The notes beneath the pieces were generated by a model. It saw only the letters and a program-made list of their open reading frames with translations. It made no database searches and was not told where the DNA came from. Below, piece by piece: positions 23,970 to 36,732 of a stretch of DNA of 46,782 nt. A program made the position numbers and the translations under genes. Each line of letters begins with the position of its first letter. Position 1 is the stretch's first letter. Source of the stretch: Hydrurus foetidus (lineage: Eukaryota); NCBI GenBank assembly GCA_900617105.1, contig UYFQ01000699.1, positions 1 through 46,782 on the forward strand. The letters run 5' to 3'.

Positions 23970-26900
23970 CTAATATTCCGCACCAAAAATGGATCCTATT
24001 TTTCCAGTCGGTAATATTTTCCTGATTTTTATTTTTTTGAAAGCTGACTTAATAGCAGTGGTACTGATATTTCTTTTCCACCCTGCCAAATTATTATCTC
24101 GGCCGGATATTAACGGGTCTAACGGAGGCAAACGGGAAGCCATTAGAGATATTTCGTGTCCATTATGTAGCTTTGAATTATTTTGATTCAAACGGTTGAA
24201 GTCTAATTGATCTGTGATCGTTTCCTCTCCAATTCTCTTCATTATATCTGCCGGAGAATAATACTGTTTTGTTACTTCTCCTCCTTCTGCTCTCTGTATT
24301 GTGTCATGCATCGTATCTTCTCCCATCTCAAATTCATCAGGTTCAACGACCCACACTCCTTTCTCCTTTTCCCTCATTTTCTCCCTTTCATTTTCCTTCG
24401 CACTCTCTCCCATCTTGTCCCCTCCCCCTCCTTTGTCATCTCTCCCATTTGAATGTGAAGAATGATTGGCGTCAACCACATCCATGTGGGAGCAGCCGTT
24501 AGCACCGGACATGCTTGAAGTGGACAAAATCACGCCATTACGTTCTTCCTTCCCCCCTTCTCCCACCTGTCTCTGTCTCTTTCCCTCTTTATTTCCCTCC
24601 TCTTTTCCTTCCTTTTTTCTTAACACTTCCCTGCAGTCCCCTTCAATTAAAGCAGCAGCATTCTTCGCAGCCTTTCCATCGCTTGAGTTGGAGTTTACAT
24701 CTATTCCATTCACCCCCTGGTCCGTCCCCGGTCCGGCCACCCTACTGATGACAAGGGAAAGGGTGCTGCCGTCACCACTCTCTCCCCTTCCTCTTCCTCT
24801 CTCACCCTCACCCTTCGCTACGCCCTCATCATCGATGTCTCCTTCGTCTGGGTCGCCCAGCTGATGGAACATTATTCATATCATGATGGTACGAGATGAG
24901 AGTGATTATTTTGATACTGCTCACACGACGAGACATAATAGGACATGATGTGATGGGACATGGCGTGACTGAGGCAGAGTGATTAAGGGAAGGGAAGGTG
25001 AGGGAAAGGAAGGTGAGGGAAGGTGAGGGGAGGGGAAGGGAAGGTGAGAGAGGGGAAGGAGGGGAAGGGAAGGGAAGGTGAGAGGGAAGGAGAGGGGGAG
25101 GGGAGGGAAGGAGAGGGAGGGAGAAGGAAGGAGAGGGAAGGAAGGAGGGAAGGGGAGGAAGGTGGAGGGAGGAAGGAGAGGGAAGGAAGGAGAGGGAGGG
25201 AAGGAAGGAAGGGAGAGGAGGAGGGAGGGAAGGAACAAAGAAAATGTGTACGTGCGTACGTGCATCCACGTACTCGCACATGCACTCATATTTCCATATC
25301 AGTCATGTCTGTAGCTAACATACCCTTCCACCATCAAAACTCACATAAACTACACATTCTCTCGCTTGCAAAGTAACTCACACAAGCTCATACACACCTT
25401 GTAAGACTGACTCTCAAACGGAAACCAATCACACTCACACATTAGCAATGCATACTTTCACACAAGCACTGTACTCTCATCAGCCGCGGCGTGCGTACTT
25501 ACACACGTACGTACCTGTCTTTGGTAGCAGTGTGGGGACCAAGACCATCTGAGCCACGCCTCACGCCTCACTCTCTCCTTACGCTGATGAGAAGGAAGAG
25601 GAAGAGGAAGAGGAAGAGAGAAAGAGAAATAGGAATTGGAACAGGAACAAAGAAGAATGAGATGATGATAGGTGGAGAGAGAGTTAAAGAGAAAAAGAGA
25701 AAAAGAGAGAAACGAACAAGAATAAGATGGCGATAGTAGGAGAGAAAAAGATTGAGATGACAAGAAAAAGGAGGGAAAGAGAAGTGAAAGGTGATAAAAG
25801 AGAAGTCAACAAGATGATGGTCAAAGGCAAATGGAAGAGAAGGAAAAGAAATGGAGGCGGAAATTGCAAAAAGAAAAAGTTGACAAGAAGAAAAAGAGAA
25901 AGAAAAAAAAAGAAGGAGATAGATCAGAAATGAAGTAAAGTGCTATTGAAGCGTGATGGCCAGTTTTCGTGCCTCGATGTCATCTCTTGATAAAAAATTA
26001 AACAATGTCAGACACAATTATCCCGGCTATACCGGCTATACCGTAAGTTACCTCCGCATACATGGCTGCCCTTCCTCTGCACCAGGGAGCACCAGACAGC
26101 AGAGCTCCTTCTCCTTTCCAGTGGGAGCTGGGGATGGATAGAGAAGGGTGGGAGGCGTTGCCCTTCGATTCTTCCTCCTGAAAATGATATGGAAGATGAG
26201 ATGGGAAGAGATGAGAGGGATGGAGAAAATAAAGAAGAAGGGAATATAAAAAGAAAGGAGAAGGGGAGAGAAGAGGTGGGGGAAAAGAGTGGAGACGCAG
26301 TTGCTTGAATAAGATCAGTGGGGTCAGGAGGGGTCGGGTGGCACGAAGGCATCACCAATGTAAACTATGACGTAGTATCTTTCAGTATGCACCACAAATA
26401 GACAACGATGAAACACAACAATACAGAACAGTGCAATGCAGTGTAGAACAGTTTACGGTACCATACAGCTCAGAACAATTCAGTACAATACTTCAGTGCA
26501 CTATCGTGCAGTACGATGCACAACAGTATCGCAGAGTGCGTCACTGTGGAGTAAAGTACCTCGGCTGCCTCTCCTTCGTGTTCTCCCTCCCCTTCTTCTT
26601 CTGCAGACATCAGGCTCTGGGCCAGAGAATGCTCCAGCTGCTGCTTGCTGCGAAATGGTGTTTAAAAAGTATGAGAATAAAAATAAAAAAAAAAGGAGAG
26701 ATAAGGAGGATGAGAACGAAAGGTAAAGAAGAAGAAGAAAGAAGGAGAGGTGAAGAGGAGGGACGAGATGGACGGATGATAAAGATAAGTGGGAAGGAGA
26801 GGGAGGGATAGAAAGGAAGTCACAGGTATGATGAAGATAGAAGCAGAAGATATAGTGATGAGAGAAGAATTAAAAAATCCTCTGCGAGTGCATTAGATAC

Positions 26901-29900
26901 GCTAAATTTTGTCACATCGAATATTACTACTCTTAAGCTAAGCTGCCTATTGAAAAATTGCCATATTTACTAAAAAATAGAAACAAACCATTGGCATGAA
27001 AAAAATTGACGGGGAAATTTTCCATTATTGTGCAAAGTTGATTTACCGAGTTTCAGCTTTTCTTAATTCAATGTTATGGTCCCTCGCGAAATGCTCATCT
27101 TCTCTTTTCAACCGAGCTAACTCCTACGGAGAAAAAGAAAAGAAGGAAAAAAGGTACAATAGAGGTAGAGGAAAAAGAAAAAAAAATCAGGAAGACGAGG
27201 TAAAAGAAAGGATGAGTATCGTGTCAAGAATGAATGGTAAAGAGGAGGTAGAGGTAGAGAAAAGGTAGTGAAGAGGTGGAGAAAGATAGGTGTCAGGGAG
27301 AGATGAAGAAGAAGAAGAAGAAGAAGAATAGGCAGAGGTGGAGAGAAGATGGAGATGCAGTGGGTGTGGGAGAGAAATGGCGGGTGAAGTGACTGCTGTA
27401 CGAAGCTGTATGAAGAGTGGTAGCCGATCAGTCGCATGACAAGGTCTGACATCACTGCATGCAGTGTGTTGTATCGTATCGTATCATAAACTACTATACT
27501 ACGTCACACCATATCATACTACGTCCTATCACATCGAATCATGTACATCACGAATTACATCACACAGGTCAAATCATCGGACATAGTGTATGTGACTTGG
27601 TGTCTTTACAACAGAACAAAAGTGTTTCACTGACCTCTGCTCGGTATGCACGTTGCTCTTCCTCTATTTCCTCTTCTCGCGCACGCACTACAGACTGAAG
27701 GATAAAAGAAAAGAAAAAAAAATGAAAAATAAGAAAAAAAGTGAAAAGAGAAGAACATGAAATGAAAAATAAGAAAATGAGAATAAAAATGAGAACATAA
27801 GGAAGAAAGTGAAGAATGGAAGGCATTCAAAGACTCCACCTCCAAAACTGAGAATACGTTTGAGGGATGAAGTGGAGGATGAGAATAGTGAAATGTGAAC
27901 TTCATGAGGAAAGTAAGAAGGCGTCACAGATTGTTCGTGCTGTATCGGCTATTTTCATTCAATCAGATAAGCAGTTGACACCTTAGAAGCGTTACGAAGT
28001 AGCTCTTTGAACGGATTTGTCAAGGAGAGTAACTGCACTAAATGGTTACATCGCTTACCTCTTTCTTGAATTTTTCCTCATTGATTAGTTGACCTCTCAG
28101 TATTTTATCCGCCACGTCAATCGTGAAATTGTTCAACAGCCTTTCCAGCTAAAAACAAAGAAAAGAAAAAAACGGAAAAAAAGACAAGAACGAAGATGGA
28201 GAATGTTGAAAAGAAAAGGAGAGGTGAGAACTCGAAGAAGAGAAAGAAATTAAAATGAGTATTCAAATGTGCAATTCGAGGAAATCCTGGGAAATCTCAA
28301 TGCATGTTGTTTACTTGTCACATGAAGTTCTGATGTGACGTGATGTGATGTGACGTGCATAATAGGAGGTGTCACCTTTTCTGACAAGAATATCGCAGCC
28401 GTATGAACTGCCTTAGACAGTCCGGTGCTGTCAGTCACCATGTGTTTCTTGTTGTACACTATCGCATTCTCGAGCATACGCCGTAAGTCCCCTATTAGTT
28501 GGCCGTAAGTGTTATACCGACCGCCTGTATGTACGTACGTGAGATATTACTGAGTCACGGTGAAGGGAGTTGCGTGATGAGAAAACGTGAAGATCTTGTC
28601 AGTAACTTTCCGTGGAGGAGAAGGAGAAAAGATTTTATCTCCATCCGCCTCTACTCTTCTCTTCTCTTCTCTCCCTTCCGTCTAATGACTCTTTTCATGC
28701 TCTTCCTCTCTCTCCCTTTTTCCCTCCCGACTGATAATTAATTCCTTCCCTTTCTTTCTCTCCTCTCCCATCTCTCTTCTCTCCTCACCTGCTGCGATAG
28801 AGTTCGATATGGCGATTTGAGCAGCAGCTGCCGACACCTCTTTGCTCGGACCCGCAATATTCCCTTCTGAAAGTGCAGAGATAAAATAAAATAATTGTTA
28901 GCAATGAATATTTCCCTCTGAAAGTACAGTGAATAATGGTAAGGTGTGGTGAGAGAGAAATTTCCCTCTCAAGCCAAGCAATGAAATAGTTGGAAACAAT
29001 TGCACGATGTTACAGACTTCACCCAAACAGACACGTAAAGTGTTTAATAAGTGGAGTGCACTTTTAGTAAGCAAGTGTGTGGGGTAAAATGTAACATAAA
29101 TGAAGCGAGATGTGCGGTATCCAATAATATCAAAAAAATGCCCTCCATGTGCATACAGATAAACCCTTTAAAAGGCTTGTTCGATAACGTTTCACACAAA
29201 AAGTTAGTGTATATACTCCTTCATGCATTGAACTATATGGTATTTCATGTTGATTTTAGAAATTGAAATAACGGAGTCAGATGTCCTCACCTAGACGAGC
29301 ACGTATGGTGGAGAGATCTATCGGATTGCGTACGTACACGGAGTAGTTGCTCAACATCGCTTGGTCCACTGGCACCGCAAAATATCTAATGGAGAAAAAA
29401 AGTGGAAAATAGAGAAAAGTGATTCTGAGGAAGGGTAGAAAAGAAGAGGAGAAAGGAAGCTGATAAGGAAGGAGGAAGGGAAGGAGGGGTAGAAGAGGAG
29501 AAGGAAGAGGAGAAAAAAAGAAGAGGAGGAAGGAAGGAAGAAAGGAAGAAAAACTGTTAGCACACACTTTCTCGCTTGAACAACACACAGCACAATTCAG
29601 TGATCCGCAGAAGAGGTCTGGCACTGCTCTATTGAGAATGATCTGCATAGTTGTATCTCTTTTTACCCGATTTGAATATTTTCGGCCTTGTTGCGAGACC
29701 TCTCGAAGTCCTTCACCAGTTTCTTGCATTCCGTAACGGCCTCGTACAAAGGAGTGGTCGACAGCAGTTCCTATACAAAGAGGGAAAGAAAATGAAACAG
29801 TTGATGAGATAAAAAAGAAGAGAAGAAGTAGAGTGAGAGGAGGAAGAGGAAAGAGGAAGAGGAAGGAGGAAGAAGAGAAGATGAGTAAAAAGACGGGATT

Positions 29901-32900
29901 TGAATGTAATCAATTAGGAACAAGATTGAGATAGACGGCAAAAAAGAAGAGAGACAGGAAAAGGAAAGAAATCATGCATTGCCGAGGTTCCAACGAAGCG
30001 GCTACGTACTTATATTCTAAAATCAAAGCAACGCTTGATGAGAGCCGATATGACAGATGCACAACCGATGCATAGGATCGATTTAGTCGAAGTTACTCAG
30101 TGTCAACACGTCATACACACTCACTACATCAAATCAGACAAACGATCACCTCTCTTTTTTTCCTTTCGGAGTCTCTCAGGGTTTCTCTCAAAGGGCCCAA
30201 TTTCTCCCTGGACAATAAAGTGCACGTAATAATGAGGCGTATTTGACAAGAGTTAATTTACGCAATGACATTAGTTGCCTTAGAGATGTAAATCGAGGAG
30301 AAGTATGGATTACACCTGGCATATCAATTATACCCAAACACAGACTTGTAAAATTAAAAATTATACTGCACTACGATAAAATTGAAGTTAATCATTGATG
30401 TAATTTGTGATTCTAAATCAGGGTTATCATCCTTTGCTGGGCATTGCTATTATAAGAACTGTTGCATTCGTATGTACACATCGTATACGTTATTCTTTTT
30501 TATTCTTCATTTCATACTACAGTAATTATCTTATGGAAAATTATCTGTTGCCGAAGTCAAAACAAATCAGCAGTTATGGGTATTTTCTTGAAGCATATTT
30601 GACGAATATTGAGTGAGAACCGTTATTCTCAGCGGTGATTTCGAGTACGAAAATATGGAATTCTTGTATAGTTGCGACATGAATGACACCTGTTTTCTCT
30701 TTCTTTGTCGTCAACAACAGGAAGAGCTTCGAGACAAAGCCACTTAGCGTACTGCACCATATGAGATGATCGACTCACCTACAGAGTATTGAAAAGACGA
30801 AGAGGGAAATAATGAAATGAAAGGGAGAAATGGAATAGAAGAGATAGGGAGAGAGAAAGAGACAGAGAAAGTAAATATGTGAGAAATGGAGAATAATGGA
30901 GAAGAAAATAGATAAGGATAAGAAAAGGTAAACTTGGTTAAGGTCATGATTTATCGTGTCTTTTACATGTTGCACAACTTCATTTTATGTCAGAACATGT
31001 CACTTTACATGATAACATTTCATTTCATTTCATATCATATCAATTCATATCACAAAGTATCAATAATTGATGACTGTATTACCAATCGTCTAACAGACGG
31101 ATCCTCTTCTTTCTCTTCTCCAACTTCAACCTCCCCCTCTTTCTCCCCCTCTTTCTCTCCCTCTTTCTCTACTGTGTTTGGCTTCACTGAATTGAAATCC
31201 ACCGCATTTTGAAATATTGAAATGACCTGTACGTACGTGTGTTGAGATGTACGAGTAAGTGTATGTGTTAGTGTGTGAGGATTAGCGGCGAGATAATTAC
31301 ATTTAACATAGAAATGCATGCAGTGCAGTGGAGAGTAAATCTCATGCAGAGAATGTGGTGACACATCAAGTCAAGTGTTCTATTGCTGATACACTGTAAT
31401 ATTTAGTGCCGGACCCACCCCTATAACCGACAATGCACATCCACTGTACCGTTCTATCAGCAAATAAACACGCCTTGAGATCAAGTAACAATTCACTCTT
31501 GATGCTTAATTAAACATCCATCGAATTTTTCGCACGCATGACTTTTTCTATTGTTATTCGTTTTCTGCCTTTTCTTTTCTTTTCTTTCTCTTCTTTTCTT
31601 TTGCATCTCATTTTCTTCATTTAATCTTCAATATTCGCCCTCCACACTCCAATGTTTTTTCTCAAATTCTCGCACTTTCTCCTCTAAATTTTTTGAAATC
31701 AAAAATCATTATAAGAACTCCATCACACTAACATTCACTGCACTCTACTTCATCTTACCTATTCCATATTGCTAAACTGCACTTCACACTACATTTCACT
31801 CCTCTCCTCTCTACTTCACTCCACCTCGCCCCACTTCAACACATCACACCACATCAACAAAACACAACACATCCCTCTCATCACCCCCTCACCTTCACAT
31901 AGAAATCCTCTTCATCCATCAGAGAATTATCTTGAAGATAATTAGAGAGAGTGGAAAGGTCCATCGGAGACTTTACCACAGCCGTGTAAGCTACTTCCAT
32001 GTCCGGATAGATTGAAATCACGGGATGGAAGAAGTCGGCAGCTGCGTGTTGACTGGAGAGAAGAGGGGTGGGGGAAGGGGGGAGAGAGGGGTGAGGAGTG
32101 TGGTGGGAAGAGAAGGGAGTGAGGGTTGGTGGGGGTGGGTGAGGGGAGAGAGAGGGGGGAGAAAGAGAGTAGAATGAGAGAGTGGGGAGGAGAGAGAATT
32201 GGGGATGAAACGAGGTAAGAGATAGAAAAGAGGGACAGAGGGAGGGTTCAAAACAGAGGTCTCTCAGGCAGTAGCCAAACCCATAATACGTACGCCATTA
32301 CAAGGAAAGCGCAGCAATGATGTGGAGTTTACTACTCTGCACTATACTATACTCCACATCACCACACGACAATACTCCACGCCAAATTGTGTCACACTGC
32401 GCACACTCCCCTCACTCTGCACTACACTACACTACACTACACTACACTACACTACACTACAACACACTGCGCTACACTACACAATAAACCGTTGCACTGC
32501 ATCTTATCACACCACGTCAAATTATGTCACACTACACTACATCTCACCACTTACTCCCTCTTCTCTTCTCTACCAGTTCGAGGAAGAGTGCTCGTTTGAA
32601 TTTGCAAGTAGATTCTGTGTGGTGCGTAGTGGTACGGGGCTTTCTTCTATCCTATACCATCATATACTGTGCGACATTGAGCAGTTGAGATGATAAAGTG
32701 CAGTGTACTACACTACACTTCACTCCCCGCTTCCCTCACGCTACACTACAATGCACCATACAATAAACCACACTGCACTTTATCTTATCACACTACACCA
32801 CTTCACCTCCTCCCCACTCCCCCCACCCACCCACTTGGCTCTTCCCACTCTACCTGTTCATGTCCACGAAGGGGTGTTTGGTGAGCGCCTTGTGCACTCC

Positions 32901-35900
32901 TTCAGCAGCAGTCGCCCAGAGAGGTCTTTCCGCGCCGTACTGCGGATAACTATCGTACGTACAGCACAGAGAATCAAGTGTTAGGATGGTAGATTAAAAA
33001 TAAATTTGTTAACATGAATGATGAAGAATGTTCTTCGAGTGTAAGAAGGTTAGGAATGAATATGTTGAAATGATTGATGAAGAATGTTCTTCGAGTGTAA
33101 GAAGGTTAGGAATGAATATGTTGAAATGAATGATGAAGAATGTTCTTCGAGTGTAAGAAGGTAAGGAGTTAGATTTGAAGGAGGCAGAGTGGAAAGAAGG
33201 AGTAGAGGGGAAAAAGAAAGAAAGGAGAGAAAAGGAAGGTACTGTAGGATACGGTAGTATGTGCGATGGGATTTACGATGACAGAAAATAGAAAGACAGA
33301 TAGGTAGGTAGTAGATAACAGATAAAAAGGGAGACATTGGATCTCGTCAAAAGAAAGAACAGAAAGCAGATGTGACTGTAGAATAGTGAACAAAGAAAGA
33401 ATAGAAAAAGCTAAAGCGAGAGACTCTTTTGATGATTTTTATCGATTATTGTTCATTTATTTACCCGAAATCAGTGGGAGGGATTTCTGCTTCACTCGCT
33501 TTTAAAGGGGCCTGAAAAGTAACAAAAATCACAATAAATGGAATTTTGAGTCTTTTGAAGAAATGGCAAAAAGTGTAGAAAAAAGAAGAAGAGAAAAGAA
33601 GGGAAGAGAAAGGAATCGATCGTGTAGACAAGTAAACACATTTGAAAGTGAAAATATGACTAAATAAAGAGGAAGTGATTGTAGAAAAAGTAAAAGAAGA
33701 AACAAAAAATCAAAAAAAAATTAGATAATGTAAGAATTCTGTTGGACGCCATACATCATAGATGCATTTTGTGTAATTAGTTTTCATTATTTTAGTAACC
33801 TTTTGCGCTTTTTTCGCTCCTTTTCCTTTACTGTTTTTCCTCGAGTGGGACCCCCCGGATTTCGATTTTCTAGACGGTGATATCTGTGACAAAAAATGAA
33901 AAAGAAAGAATGATGCGCGAGATAAATAGAAATATAGAGAATGGAGTGAAATGGATTAAAGTGAAATGGGGAAGTAACGGGAGTGGTGAGAAGAGAGAGG
34001 AGAGAATTTGTAAGGTGACCGCTGTCGAATCGAATCTGAAACAGATGGAGAAAATGTGTCCACATGAAGTTGAATTATTCGACTTGACTCAACTCAATCA
34101 GTCGAAAAAAGAGACAGTACATAACATTGATTCGTCCGATAGCATGACTTCCCTATCCCTACCCCTTTCCTTTCTTTACCGTTCCTCCCCTTTAATTCTC
34201 ACTCCTCAAATCCTCTCCCCTCATCTCGTCTGTCTGTCTGTCTGTCTGTCTCTCTCCCCTACCCCAACCATTTCTTCTTTCTTTCCTTCGCTCACCTCGT
34301 TTTCGTATGCTTCTCCTTCTTCTTCCCCATCCAGAAAGGAAAGGTCCATTTCGGGGCCCATTGAAAAAGCACCCTCAAGGGACAGCAACGGCTATGAAAA
34401 AGGGAGAGAGAGAGTGAGTGAGTGAGGGATAGATGGGGAGAGGGATAGATAGAAAGAAATGTTGAGGTAGGGTAGGAGAAGATTTAGTCAAAGACAATAC
34501 ATGTGACAGTGTCAGAATGTAAATAGCCGCACGCATGGAATCGGAATGAAATAGGATGTAAGGAGGAGTAAGATGGAATGAAATAGGATGTAAGGAGGAG
34601 TAAGATGGAATGAAATAGGATGTAAGGAGGAGTAAGATGGAATGAAATAGGATGTAAGGAGGAGTAAGATGGAATGAAATAGGATAAGATGTACGAAAGA
34701 GAAGGGACAGAATGTCGAAAGAATAGAGAGGGATATAGTCACTTCAATCGTGTATAATATCGTACGTACATCTTCGACTGGTGCAGGGGGGATGTAAAGG
34801 GGGGGCAGAGCCAGGACGGGCGGGGGTCTTTTTTTAATATTGATCGACCCCTCTCTGTCCCTTTCTCTCTCCCTCTCTCTTTCTCTCTCCCTTTCCCTGT
34901 CTCTATCTCTGTCCCTTTCTCTGTTCACTACAGGTTTGGATAGGGCAGCTATGGTAGCTGAGTGTTTTTGTTCCAATGCTTGAATCGCTAGAAAACTATA
35001 CGGTGTGAATAAAAGCAAATAAAATATATGGTGTACATGAAGTGTAAGTAAGAGTGAGAATCAGAGCGATATTGTGGAAAGATACTTAGATTAGATTTCA
35101 TAGTAGAGATGATTTGATTCTTTGCACTGAAATATGACGGTGGTATGTAGATTGAGATGTTAGTGACATGAGGTGAAGTGAGAAAGTTTCATTGTAGAGG
35201 TCACGTGTGTAATGGATCGGCCGGCATGACACTAGGAACGATCAGGGAAATCGAGAAAGACAAACAGTGATAATTACTCCACTCAACGTTATGTCGTGCC
35301 ATTTGGTGACACTCAATGTGATACAATTAGCACAGTTTGGTAATGTGTCACAGAAAGCAACATTGCGCATGATCTCTATTTCCGGGACATAACATAGATA
35401 CACACACAAGTACGGACGTACGCACACACCTAAGGACATCTTTCGTGTCCGATTCTGCCAGCAGTGTTTTGGCTTCCGGGCTACCGCATAACTGCTTGGC
35501 CATTAAAAGGTCCTAAAATAGAATAGAATGGAATGGAGTATAAAAAAACAGAACATAAAACAACAAAATAAAATAAAATAATATGCAGTGGATGGAGAAG
35601 TAGAAACAAAAACAAGTAAATATGTACGTACGTATCTATACATACATACGTACAAACATACTTACGTACATACACACATGAGTACATACATGCTTACGTA
35701 CACACACATACGTACATACACACATACACATGTGCGTACGTACGTACCTGTGATTGATTTTGATTCATGGCTCCTTTGATGGAATTCGTTTTACTGAGCA
35801 AATCCGTTAATGCGCGCCTCAGCAAATGACGGAAATAGTTGACGAGTGCGTCTGCCATTATTCTCACTTCCAGTCCGTTTACTCCTACAATAAAAAATAG

Positions 35901-36415
35901 TGATAAGAACAAAAATGAAAATAATCATAAAAATAAAAAAGATGAGAAGCTGATAATTTAGGCATACAATTATTTGTTTCAGTAACTGTAGGAGCTAATA
36001 GTATAAGTCAAAATCAGAAAGGTTTCTTCGACGCGTATTCAGCGGATGTTCGATGAATATTAAAATAAAATAAACATCACGGGGACAGAATAAAGTGTCC
36101 GAAACAAAAACCGAAAATGGGTTTGAGCACTGTTGAAATCACCGTTTCATTTCCACCTTGGATTCGTTCATATTCCAGGACATTTGTTCTGTCTCGGTAA
36201 AAGGAAATAAGTAAAGAGTTCTCAATACTCTCCACAACTCAAATATAAAATATTTACCCCACCCACATCACAGTGTGGAAGCACGTACCTTGATTGTACA
36301 GATAGGCGTTGCTTTTTAATAAATCAAAATCCTCCAACACAGCTGCTACCGAGGAATACTTATCCCCCGCATTCTTCTTCTCCATTCGGGCTAGGTCCAT
36401 CGGAGTGCTCACAAC
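23970..36415 (-). CDS. Multi-bromodomain protein with at least 3 bromodomains, many exons, 5'-partial
   Basis: BD-a: exon 36415-36289 (VVSTPMDLARMEKK...DFDLLKSNAYLYN) plus exon 35884-35748. BD-b: exons 32949-32854, 32052-31893 (DFFHPVISIYPD...YTAVVKSPMDLSTL) and one starting at 31226 (IFQNAVDFN). BD-c: exons 29385-29291 (YFAVPVD...YVRNPIDLSTIRARL), 28866-28789 and 28524-28376 (DLRRMLENAIVYN). The terminal exon is 24860-23970. Some linker exons were not fully resolved. Confidence 0.85.
24985..25240. repeat. Polypurine/polypyrimidine low-complexity tract in an intron
   Basis: About 255 bp of almost pure GGAA/GGGA/GAG on the plus strand. Confidence 0.9.
32420..32480. repeat. (ACTAC)n pentanucleotide microsatellite in an intron
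   Basis: ACTACACTAC run, with degenerate copies spread over 32330-32800. Confidence 0.9.
33015..33162. repeat. Intronic 56-bp minisatellite, about 2.7 copies
   Basis: TTCTTCGAGTGTAAGAAGGT occurs at 33031, 33087 and 33143. Confidence 0.92.
34543..34685. repeat. Intronic 32-bp minisatellite, about 4.4 copies
   Basis: The unit GGAATGAAATAGGATGTAAGGAGGAGTAAGAT is repeated head to tail. Confidence 0.93.
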
Positions 36416-36732
36416 CTGCACGTACGTACGTAAAGATGGAAGAATATCGTACGTACAATCAGATGGATACAGTACGTACAGATGGATGGATACAGTACGT
36501 ACAGATGGATGGATATCGTACGTACGGGTAAGAGTAGGGGCATCAATGTGGGCGTATGTTTACATGGATATCGTGCGGAATTCCGTAAAACAAATACTTC
36601 ACATTGCTCAATTAGATTCACACGAATCGAGCCTCAGAGTATCTCTATTCCCCTTCTGCAATTTGGTCATCACATTGATGTGATCATTAACATAACAAAA
36701 TTTGTTCATATGATGTGCATGTTTTTACAAAC

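Noticed and set aside
24829..28260. Numerous K/R/E-rich and L/P/S/F-rich ORFs
   Set aside because: They are translations of low-complexity purine or pyrimidine introns.
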